From Gnetum montanum (lineage: Eukaryota; Plantae; Gnetophyta), in NCBI GenBank assembly GCA_015680685.1, contig MNCI01000852.1, forward strand, positions 551,349-615,348: 64,000 nucleotides of DNA. The letters run 5' to 3'. How positions within the stretch are numbered: the first letter of the stretch is position 1; the number at the start of each line of letters is the position of its first letter. This document shows, piece by piece, positions 37,435-48,536 of this stretch. The position numbers and the translations under genes were made by a program. The notes under the pieces are model-generated. The model ran no database searches and had not been told where the DNA came from. It was given only the letters and a program-made list of their open reading frames with translations.

Positions 37435-40400
37435 ATGGCTTCCATGAGCACTGTTGCTAACACCTTCAACATTGAGGTTCCTTTTATTGTTCAAGGCATC
37501 ATAGGTGCTGAACAATCATTCAGCCCGGTGCTAGAACCATGTTGATTCCTCCAGATCCAAAACTTGGGTCTTGAGGGTTTGGCATTTATGCAAACGTGCA
37601 GGCAAACATGCCCTTGGATGTGCACGAATTCAAAGACAAATGTAGCATCGAGTTCACTTACTATGATAGGAAGGAATTTGTTTCCACTCCCAGTGCTTCC
37701 ATCCTATTAACACAGATGAATCAGTTGTATATAGACCAACTGATCCAGTTGGCTAGGCTTAGGGAGTAGCAGGACATAGCATCTAACCATGACGAGACCT
37801 TCCAAGATGGACAAGAGGATCTCGGTTCTCAATCCCATGGGGGAGGTTAGACCAACCCCATCACGGTCCCTCCTACCCAGTCTTTCTGGGCCAACCCATT
37901 GTCTATTACTACTTCCTTTGTGATCACGTCTATGCTCCTACAGCCTACAACTACACCTGCAATAGGTAGCCATGTCACCTTCCCATCGTATCAATGCCCT
38001 TATTCCCCTATTTCATTTGTAGCAACTATGCTTCCCAAACTGTTCATCAGTCCATTCCTGTAGTGCATCACACATCAATCACAGCTACCCTACCACATAT
38101 TCATACTGTACCTACTTTACAATCGTACACAACTTCAGTCTCCATTCCTACGTTCACTTATGTCCCACCCACCATGGCGGGCCTGGGCCCATCCACATGA
38201 TGGATCCCATTTTCTTCTTCGCCTATTCCAAAATTGTCGCAAATGTCTCATTATGTTCACCCTCAGACCTACCAAACCTCGTAAATGGTACAACCCAACA
38301 TGGGGTTATGGTCTGTTTCGTCGACGACACAAGCGGTCTATCTGGTAGCCCAACCCACAGTTGTTGCTCCAATAGCACCACCTAGTGGGTGGTGGTTAGT
38401 GCAAGTAGCACTATTCGCGGGGGCTATCCCAATGGCACCACCGATGGGTCACGCCATCACCCCTACCATTCCACAGATGGAAATTACCTTGGCAGTTCCC
38501 CAATAGTCTACATCATTGCAGGGTTTGGATCAAGCGTTCCAGCTTATCTAGATCCTTACTGAGGAAATAAAACATCTCAAAGCTATTGGGTCTAACATGG
38601 TATAAGTCATGGACTTTTACTAGGATGATCCCATCAGCCCTGCAATCCCTGCTCTCACGTTACCCCCAGGGATGTCCCTTCCCCACTTCATGAAGTACAA
38701 TGGGGAGGGCGATGTCAATGCACATCTTATTACCTTTAGGTCTGAATCCCTTCTACTATAACAATGGCTGCACATGATTATCCATGTCTTTGCTATGTCC
38801 CTAGCAAGGAAAACTCTAGACTGGTATTGTGCGCTGCCATGCTCCTACATATCAACCCTAGAGGAGCTCCTGATCTAGTTCATGATGTGCTTCAAGTATA
38901 ACTTGAAGGCAAAAACCACGCTGGATCAGTTGATGAGCATGAAGTAAGATCCTTTGGAACTAGTCCAGAACTTCATCCAGTGTTGGAGCGTAACCCTTAA
39001 TGAAATGAGCGAGCCCATCATGGAGGCCCACTTGTTGGCTATCTTTAAGGGTGCAGTAAATGACTTCATCAAGTCTAAACTGTACCACCTCTCTCCTCGC
39101 ACTCTTAGTCAAGCCTTCGCTCAGACCAAGAGTATACAGGATGCAGCCGAGGCAAGCAAAGATCTAGCCTACATTGACTACAAAAAGACCTTCACAAAGA
39201 AGGACAAAGGTAAGGCCCCAACAACCACAGTGACCGCTGTGGTGACCAAGGCCAAGCCCAAACTTGGTAACAATGGTAACAAGAACAACAAGAAATCAGC
39301 CGTACCTATAGCTCACCCTGTGCCCAAGCAGGGCAATGCGTTGCAACCTCCAGTACTTACACCTGAGACACCTGCATAATCCAAACTGAACTTTGAGCAT
39401 AAAGATCACTCAAAGTATACCCCACTACCTCTCAAGCCTTTAGAACTTCTGAAGCAGCTACTGGAAATGGGGCACATCCTACACAAGAAAATATTAGAAG
39501 AAGAAATCAGGAGACATCAGCACTACTACGAGCTCCTTAGGAACCCCTCTTTGGCCTTACCCAATGAGCCCCCAATTCCTAAGGGTTTCAGGTTAGATAG
39601 GTTTTGTGACTACCACCAACAATGTGGTCACAACATGGATTACTGTCTGGCGTTGCAGGATGACATCTAGAGATTGATCAATCGGGGAAACCTGGTGTTG
39701 GACGAAAGTAACCCAGTACACCCTAAGAACCAATCTATGCATGTCTACACAGATCCCCTCAATGCGAACAATGCTGGATATGTCATTAATGCCATCGGTA
39801 TTGACAATGATCCTTGGCTACCCTAGTAGCCATTCACGGTCCATGTACCTTAGCGTAGTGCACCAACACTACCGGCAGCCGGACTAGGCTCGCAGCAGCC
39901 ATTTGTTTTGAGAGTTCCTCCTTGAGCATCCATCCCCATGCCACCTATTAGCAAAACTATGCTACCTTGCCCGTTAATGTCATTAGCCCCTTTCATCATT
40001 AGGGGGTCGACTCCTTCGATAGCCCCCATCCCGAGCAAGATAGCTAAACAACCTTCTCATCCTAAAAAATGATAAGTGCATTTCGCAAGTAAGACATCAA
40101 GAGGAAGTACCACCCTTGGCATTTCCAAGCCTACATCTTCACCCCCTGCATCCATTTCCTCATCACCAAAGAGGGACGTTGCTATAACCGCATAGTCTGC
40201 GCCACCCTGCCAAAAAGGGTTTGAATGAACCCAGATCTGAAGTTGCCCCTCCTCAGGAAATTCATCTTCTAGGACAAATAGAAGAGGAGGAAAGCATTAA
40301 ACAGGGGGCTGACAAGGACCTCTTGGATGCCCTCGCTCAGGTTAAGCAAGTTTTAAAAAAAACACTACATTGAGCTTGTACGATCTAATCATGACAGTTG

Positions 40401-40704
40401 CCCCACACTATGAGGCTCTGATCCACATGATGATAGCGATTCCAATCAATGAAGACATGCCAGCAGAAGAGGAAGCAATCCATTCGATCATGCTTTCTTC
40501 TCCCCCTGCAAAGCCAGAACTATCTCAACTGACTTTTAGCAAAAACTCCATTAGGGAAGATCCTGAAAGGGGTTAGGTGACTACAGCACCCCTATTCATC
40601 ATAATTCAGGTTAGCTAACATCAGATCTGAAGGGTGCACATTGATGATGGGGCTTCCACGAACATCATCCCCTTCCCTATTATGGAGAAGTTAAGCTTGG
40701 TTGA
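37435..40704 (+). pseudogene. B2 gag-protease, interrupted by C inside the protease; resumes at ~63991
   Basis: Colinear with B1 gag; RFCDYHQQCGHNMDYC; RVHIDDGASTNIIP; ...LV| cut at 40704, and ctagatcaaa after 63990 matches B1 ccaaatcaaa (DQIK). Confidence 0.85.
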
Positions 40705-42278
40705 TGTACTGATCTAAATCGTTGGTGTAAGGCTAGAAGGGAAAATAGACACCGAAAGATTGTTGGGCATGCACAAATGACCTTGTCTTTACCCGAGGAC
40801 AAGCTGGAAAAAAGAACGAAGGTAGAGTGCCTTGGATGGTTTGCATGCAAATCAACCAAGGACTTCCCCGAGCATAAGCTATGGCTAGCACTGGGGTTAT
40901 CGTAAATGGTGTAAATGGAATGCAAATAGTGACACGAAATGTAAACAGAGTGCAAAGCGTAAACAGAGACTGAATTGTAAATAAAGTGTAAATAGAGTAA
41001 AAAATATAAATGGAAGGAAATAATGAAACTGTATTGTATTTTTTAACAAGAGTGTGCACTAGTCAAAGCGTAGTTGCATGTGTGATAGCAAGTCAAGCGC
41101 TAAGCCCCAGAGTGATGTGGTGATGTGTTTGTGGATGCTTGGATGCTAGGAGTCTCATGTGCCTGAGCGTCCAAGGTTCAAAGTTGCTCTTTCTTCAAAA
41201 TTTCCAACCCCATTTAAGTGAATTGATAGGGTATTTATAGCGTTTGGCTAGGCTCGGGCACAAAATTCGTGGATGAAATCGATGGCTAAGATATGAGAGG
41301 AAACAGGATCATGTGACACGTGTTTGGTAGACAATTGTGTGTGAGTTAGTTGTGTGTAGGCAGGCTATGTTCTTGACCAAGTGCATTGTATCTTACAATG
41401 TGTGGCTTACTCAAGCCCATGGAAGCACATACAATTTGGACCGTGAGGGCCTGAAAAGCCCACAAATGAAGATTTACAAAGAAAATCAAGAGGGATTGAC
41501 TCCAGCTTGCTTGAAACTTCTTGATCCCTAAATTGACTGCTACAGAATGTTGATTTGAGTAGTTTTGTGGCCATTTGAGGAATTTTTGTTCCACCAGGAC
41601 TCCTAGCATGAGTTGATTTGGTCCTGGCGTGTCCTTAGCGTGTGTTTGGAGTGCTCTTGTTTGGGTGTGAATAGTGTTCATGCTGATGAATAGTGTTTAC
41701 GCTGATGAATAGTGGTCACACTGTGAATAGTGATCATGCTGTACTCATGCTGTAGCATGTCCTCAGCCTGACAATTAGCGTGAGTGAGGAGAATGACACG
41801 TTTCATACTAATTTTTGAATTTTTGAAGCCTGTTTCTTGAAGTGTGGTGATTACCCTGATTGTGATTGACAAATTAAGCCTAAAAGTGCCTTGTTTTGAC
41901 CACTTTTGGGTAGGTCACGTTGGGCTCACGTTGCAGCGTGACCACAACGTGACCTGCAGCGTGACCTGTAGAAACTTGACGCTTAATGCTGAATGTTGAA
42001 TGTTGGAATCTTGACGCTGGATGCTAAATGCTGAACATTAAATGCTGGAATCTTGACATTGGATGTTGAACACTGGAATTTTGAACTTTGAACAATTGAC
42101 CTCCACCTTTGACTTGATTTTGATGCTGCTTGGAGTTGTTCACACTGAGGGTAAGCAAACTGCCTTGGGCAGGCTGGGTGTGAGATCAATGCCTTAGCCA
42201 AATTTTGCCTCCTGGAACTTTGAAAGGGCTTGAGTTGTTTTCATTTCAAAGTGCTAGGCTAAAATTAGTGCTGTTTCA
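40705..42278 (-). repeat. 3' LTR of C
   Basis: tgtactg...tgtttca; 41060-42278 is highly similar to 62792-63985. Confidence 0.9.
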
Positions 42279-42745
42279 TTGGACCCTCTTTGTTGACATC
42301 TGGAGGAATCCACTTGAGAGGCGTTGAAAAAGAAGTGCAAAACACCATGAACAACCAAGTACCAATTATTATCCATCAGCCCTTGGCTTGGATGTCATCG
42401 CACCGTGTCCAATAGTACATGGGATTGGGAAAATGCAATTTGGGATGCCAGGGGAGGGGATTGGTTGTAACCAAGGGAAGCCAAGAGTTGGTCAAGGGTG
42501 ATAATTACTACTGGGATTGTAGGAGAGGGATGCTCTCATGTGAACAGGTTATGTCATTGATCCTTGTCAACAGCCATGTTTTCAGCAGACTCGGAACCAA
42601 GTATTAGGAGGTGCATTCTTTGGAGAAATGGGACTCTTATAGAGTATTTTTGGATCTTGTTGTAAATAGCCAAAGCCACACAGTGGTGTGTAATATGGTC
42701 TCTTTGAGACACAAGTGTAACTATTTTTCAAGATAATTTTCTTCT

Positions 42746-44228
42746 TGTACTGTCCGAAATCGTTGGTCTCTAGCTGGAATGAAACAGAAACCAGGAGATC
42801 CCTGGACAAGCACAGAAGACCCTACCTTTGCTTGAGGGTGAGTTGGAATTAACGAAGGTAGAGTATCTTGAATGGTCCGTATGCGGATCAGATAGGGATT
42901 TCCCCAAACGTACACCATTATACTGTATGCTGGGTTATACGTAAATGGTGTAACTAATGTCAAATGGAGCGTAAACATACAGGAATGTAAACAATAAGCA
43001 TACAATAATGAATGAAAAAAATGTAACAAATCTTAACAAAAGAAATGTGGCAATATTATTGTGAAATGGAAAGTTACAATGCACCAGTCTAACGTAGTTG
43101 TGAATCTGACACAAGGTGGACGATGAGCCCTGGTGGATGCAAAGGGATGATGGTGTGCTGGTTTGAACTGTAGGCATAGCGTGAAGGCTGTATGCTCAAC
43201 ATGCAGGGTTGAGGTCCAACGTACAATTTTTTTTTGCTCTAGTTTCTTAGTGTCTCTGGTTCTTTTTTTTTTCTCTGGTTTGCCCCTAAATTGCCAACCC
43301 TGATCTAGTCAAATATTGGGGTTTTTATACAAGTTTCGATGTTAGACCCGGGTTTGAGAGGGGATGATTGGCCATGGAGTGATGGACTCTCAGGTTGGGT
43401 GACATGTGGCACATTGATTGAGTGTGAAAGAATGAAATTTTATAAGTGTACAACATGCTGCATGCCAACGTATACTGTTGTACGCCAGCGTATACATGCT
43501 AGGCGTGTGAACTCGGCGTACAGACTTGACTAAAACAAAAGAAGTCATTCGATCCTCGGATTTGAATTTGGATGTCACGAGAATGCTGCCTATGGATGTT
43601 CAGCTCGGTTGGCCTTGATCTGACATGGTTCTAGAGAGCTTTGATGGGTACGTGTTGTGCTACACATTGGGTGTACACATTGTACATGCTGGGCGTAAAT
43701 GCTGGGCGTATATGCTGGGCATACACGCTAGGCGTGCAGGATGCACATGCTAAGCGTATGAACTCCAAAGTGTATGATGTCAAGACCAAAATTCATCTTT
43801 CTAGAGCCCATGATGACACCTGATAATTGCTCTGTTCTTGTGAGTTGATGCCATATACAAAATCTTGCTCTGAAGTGCTATTTCCATGCTGTCTTTGGGA
43901 TCATTTGCTGGGCGTACACGTCAGTCGTACGTGCTGGGTGTACATGTGAGGTGCATACTAGGCATATATGCTAGGAGTATACGCTGGGTGTGTACACTGC
44001 ATACTACATACTTAATGAAAACCTAGTATCTTGAGCTCCGAAGTCACCATGTTTGATGCCAGATGTCGCTGTGGTCGTTTGCGGGTCCCAGGGAACCGTT
44101 TCTTGTTGAGTTCAACTTTGCTTGAAGCTGTCTATGGGGCCATCAAGCATCAGTCATGCTAGGGAGCATCATGACTTAGCTTGAATCTTGTTGGAGAAGT
44201 ACTAAGCTTAGAATTTTATGGTATTTCA
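42746..44228 (-). repeat. 3' LTR of D
   Basis: tgtactgtccgaaatc...gtatttca; direct repeat of 57097-58555. Confidence 0.95.
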
Positions 44229-45267
44229 TTGGTCCCTCTTTGTTGATACTTGGAGGAATCAACCTGAGAAGCGTCGACAAAGAAGTACAAAACACCATAA
44301 GCAACTTGATAGAGACATTGTTCTTTGGCATATGGCTAGACGTCATTGTACCATGTTCAATAGTACATAGGATTAGGGAAATGAAATTGATATTGGATAG
44401 GGAAATGGGAACTGTAGGGATTGGTAACCGATCAAGGGTTTGTGCATGGTGAAGAGGATGTCCGGGTATGTGTGCGGGTCATGCTTATCTTTGTCAATAG
44501 CTATTGTTTAGCCATTTTTAGTGGATTTGGGATCAAAACATGATGTGTACATCCTTTGGCGGCACAAAAATCTTGTTTGATGTTTAAGAGAACTTGTTGG
44601 CACAGCCAAAGCCACGTGATGATGTGTTGCATTCTTTGGAGGAACAGGGCCTTTATTTAGTGTTTAGAGGGAACCTGTTGGCAGAGAGCCAAAGCCATGC
44701 AACGAGATGTTACTTGATCATTTGAGACATGAGCATTTGCTTTCAAGGCAATTTCCTTCCCGCTAAGGGCTTATATGGGAAGGGCCGTATTTTTTTTGGA
44801 TCTTATACGCATGCTCAAATGCCATGTTGTGGGTTGCAACTGCTGAAGAGTGGTGCAGTGTGCAACAGTGTGTTCAATGTTTCAGGCCATATTGGGTGTG
44901 TCTAGGATGTAACTAAGTAGAAGATGTTGAGGGATATGTAACGAGAGATGTACTAGTAAATGGCTTGATTAGTCTTGTCACGTGTATTGTGAACAACATC
45001 TTACCTTGTTGCTGTGACGAAGTGCATTCTTGTACGAACACCTATGAGTGTCATCCTGCAAACACAACTCTAAGAAGACAAGGAAACCATGAGTGAGTAA
45101 GCAAGCTTAGACTTGAACAGCTACTGATGAAATTAAGGCAACAGATGATATTTCAGGCACTGTATATGAATAGCAGCGATGTTGTTAGGATCGGCTGATG
45201 GCAAGCGAGGCAGCGACTCTGATGAAGATTGAATCCAGCTACAGATTAGGAGACTAGCGATGAAGTT

Positions 45268-45525
45268 GCCAATTTATAGCCGTAGCAGACCATTGTGGGT
45301 TAGTTTTATGTCATGACCCATTGGACATTGTCCATTTAGCATCATGGTGGATGGTACATTGCTAGTTTCTAGTCTTGGCGGACCGTGAAGAGGCAAACTA
45401 GTTTATAGTCTTAGAGGACTCTGGCGAATGAGACTGTGGCAGTTTAATGTCAAATTGGATGGGTGCTAGTTTATTTTCATTACAGACATTCTATGGTTAC
45501 AGTTTACCGTCATGATGCCAGGACG
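45268..45525 (-). repeat. Hairpin+TAAACT motif cluster in D 3' UTR
   Basis: About 7 copies, e.g. (minus) gagtcctctaagactataaactag, ggtccgccaagactagaaactagc. Confidence 0.75.
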
Positions 45526-45546
45526 AGCGTGTACCTGAGTCCATGC

Positions 45547-47050
45547 TCAAATGTGAAACAGTTTCAAGAACAAATGATTGGTCAAATTTGCAAGCTCATT
45601 CCCTTCCATGTCAGCTAATTTGAATGCTCCATTATCGTACACTTTGGTGACCAAGTAGGGCCCTTCCCAATTGGCTAAGAATTTGTTCGAGTGTTCCCAA
45701 ATGGCTTTGGGTACAAGTTTGCCCTCCTTGATAGGGCACTTATGAACATTGTGTCGATGGCGTTGTCGTTGTCATTTTTGGTACCACTCAATCTGATCGA
45801 GTGCACGTATACGTTCCTCCTCCACTGAGTCCAAGTCAATAATGCATAGGTCATTATTTTACCTTTCGTCAAGGAGTCTGAAGAGTGTGATCCTTAAAGA
45901 CGGTACCTATAGCTCCAAGGGTAAAACAGCTTCTAAACCATAAACGAGACTATTTGGCGTTTTACCTGTGGAAGTCCGATGCGTAGTACGATAAGCCCAC
46001 AACGTGTATACTAGCTGCTCATGCCATCTTTTCTTGCTTTGGGTAAGCTTCTTTTTAAGTACTGTAATGATGGTTTTATTTGTGGCCTCAGCTTGTCCAT
46101 TGCTCTAAGGGTAGTAAGGGGATGAAAATGAATGTTTGATCCCTAGGCTTTCACAGAAAGTTCTGGTTTTGGCACTGTTGAATTGTGGCCCATTATCACT
46201 TATGATGGTTATGGGGATGCCAAAATAGGTCATAATGTTTTCAAGAATGAAGTTTCATATGTTTTTGAATGTGGTTTTTCTAAGGGGAATAGCTTCTACC
46301 CACTTCATGAAATACTCTGTCACAGTTATGATGAAGCTATGCCCTGTAGAAGATGAGGGTGTTATTGGCTCGATAAGGTCTAACCCCCACTTTTGGAAGG
46401 GCTAGGTGATTTGCGCTGTATGCAACTCATTTGGTGGAACATGTATCATATTGCTATGTTTTTGATAGATACTGCATGTTTTGGCCTTGGAGAGACAGTC
46501 ATGCTCCATGTGTGGCCAATAATAGCCCAAACGTCTTATTTTCATTGCCATTGCTTTAGGTGCTCTGTGTCCTCCGCATAGTCCATCATGTACTTGCTCG
46601 ACGATGGTTTGGGCATCAGCGCTACTAACGCATGTTAATAGTATGCCTTCGTAGGATCGACGACACAACGTGTCCCCTACCAATGCATATTATTGAGAAT
46701 GTTTTCGTACTGTGTCCTTTTGTGCATTCGTTGGATGTTGCGGTGTTTCACCGCGTAGAAGGTACTCTTTTATGTCGTCATACCATTCCATTGCATGTGT
46801 TGTACTAATGGATGCAATTGGTAATTCATTGAGAGCATCAGTTATGGGTTTAGCACAACTGATTATAGAGCTAGGCAACATATGGAACATGTTTGGCGAT
46901 ATGTTTAGAGCTAGCGTGGCAAGTGCATCTACAATGGTGTTATCATTTCTGGAAACATGTTGCACATCCATATTTTGTGGTAGAGTTTGTGCCAAGATGT
47001 TCAGTGTGGGAAACCAAAATTTCTTTGCAAGGGAATATGATATGTGGTAG
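45547..47050 (-). pseudogene. D archaeal-type RNase H C-terminal remnant plus integrase, disrupted
   Basis: QHVSRNDNTIVDALA; WYDDIKEYL; HDGLCGGH...GYYWP..DC..AKTC (H2C2); WGLDLI; SDNGPQF; [10 protein letters not shown]; NWEGPY (GPY/F). Confidence 0.92.
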
Positions 47051-47589
47051 TGTTTGTAATCTCGTTATTTTGTTTTGCACCTCCTCGTACTTTGTATTTT
47101 GAATAAATTCAATAAAATATTCAAGGCGGCGGTGGCGGCAGCGGGGTTAACGCGGTGCTATATATATGCTAGCGAGCATGAGCATGAACCTATCAGTTAT
47201 CAAAGGTAGCGTGAACCTAAGTTGCAGTGTGAGCGTAAACCTAAGTCGCAGCGTGAGCGTAAACCTAAGCCGTAGCGTGAGCGTAGAGAACTAAACCCTA
47301 GCGTGCAGGATTCAGCTCGGCATACAAGATCAAACCCCACTGTGAGATTTAGCATACAGGATGCTGAAATGGGCAAGGGCAAGGAGGTAGAAGGCCAGGG
47401 GAGGAAGGGACCCAACTTGACCTTTGCGGAGGAAAGTGAGGCCATGCTACAGTGTTTGCCTAGGCCTTGGATTCCATCATGGCTTGGACTGGCACACAGG
47501 TAGGCTCTAATCTCACCTTAGTTAATTGCTTTCTTTTGTATTTGCTATCTGGGCATATGGGATTTGTGCAAGATATTTGGTTGTATGTT

Positions 47590-47990
47590 TTAGTGTGCAA
47601 GGTCTGCACACTGAGCGTAGATAGTTTTGGCAACGTGCAGAGTCTGCACGCTGAGCGTAGACAGTTTTTGATAGCGTGCAAGGTTTGCACACTAAGCGTA
47701 AACAATTTTTGCAGTGTGCAGGGTCTGCACGCTGAGCGTAAATAGTTTTTGCAGCGTGCAGGGTCTGCACGCTGGGCATAAATAGTTTTTGTAGCATGCA
47801 GGGTCTGCACGCTGGGCATAAATAGTTTTTGCAGCGTGCATGTTTTGCACGCTGGGCATAAATAGTTTTTGGCAGCGTACAGGGTCTACACGCTGAGCAA
47901 AATAGTTTTTGCAGTATGCAGGGCCTGCACGCTGGGCGTAGATAGTTTTTGCAGCGTGCAGGGTCTGTACATTGGGCGTAGACAGTTTGC
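47590..47990 (+). repeat. ~40-bp tandem repeat (about 10 units) with an internal inverted repeat, in intron 1 of the D antisense gene
   Basis: Unit gcagcgtgcagggtctgcacgctgggcgtaaatagttttt; cagcgtgcag-ggt-ctgcacgctg is a 10-bp stem. Confidence 0.95.
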
Positions 47991-48054
47991 AACTTTTTTG
48001 AAGTATTGGCCTTCAATATGGAACTTCATTTCTTTATTTCATTTCTATGTATAA

Positions 48055-48536
48055 TTGATTTACCATGGCATTCGGGTTATTTACAAGGATCCTAAGCCTT
48101 TTCTCTTAGTGGTTGAGCTGGTTGGGGTACTGGCCTGGTTCGGGCCCCTTGATACTGACGAACCTGCCCCTGATCTAACTATTGATAACAATGGGGTATG
48201 GTTCAGGGAAGGGGCATGTGAGTTCCTTACCTTCATTTTAGATAGATTCAAGGTAGTGATATGGTCCGATTTAAGCAAACAAGTAGCGTGGAGCATGCTT
48301 GAAGCAATGTTGCTAGGATCTTCAAACGGCGTCATGGGTTTCATGGTGGACATTGACAAGGGACCGCTTGCGATTGAGGATGGTCCCTCTGGAGGGCCCA
48401 GATCTATCCATCTGTTATCGTGTGTATGGGACTTATTTCCACATGGACCTCACTATCTCAATAGCACCTTATTTTTGGCCGCGTGTGTGCATACATTATT
48501 TCAAAACCCTCCAGGCACGGTGTACAGGGTAGAGAG
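48055..48536 (+). CDS. Exon encoding an FCP1/SCP (NIF, HAD-fold) phosphatase-like domain with catalytic Asp residues replaced
   Basis: KPFLLVVELVGVL, VWFREGACEFLTFILDRFKVVIWS, LLSCVW and NSTLFLAA...LFQNPPGT follow the order of plant FCP1-homology motifs KKLLVLDLNGLL, VFKRP..EFLKF..ERF.V.VWSS, LKKVW and NTLL.DDSPYK...NPP.T; open frame ending at a GT donor. Confidence 0.7.

Noticed and set aside
47460-48016. Cys-rich repetitive ORFs (RCKNYLRSACRPC...)
   Set aside because: They are translations of the 40-bp tandem repeat within an intron.
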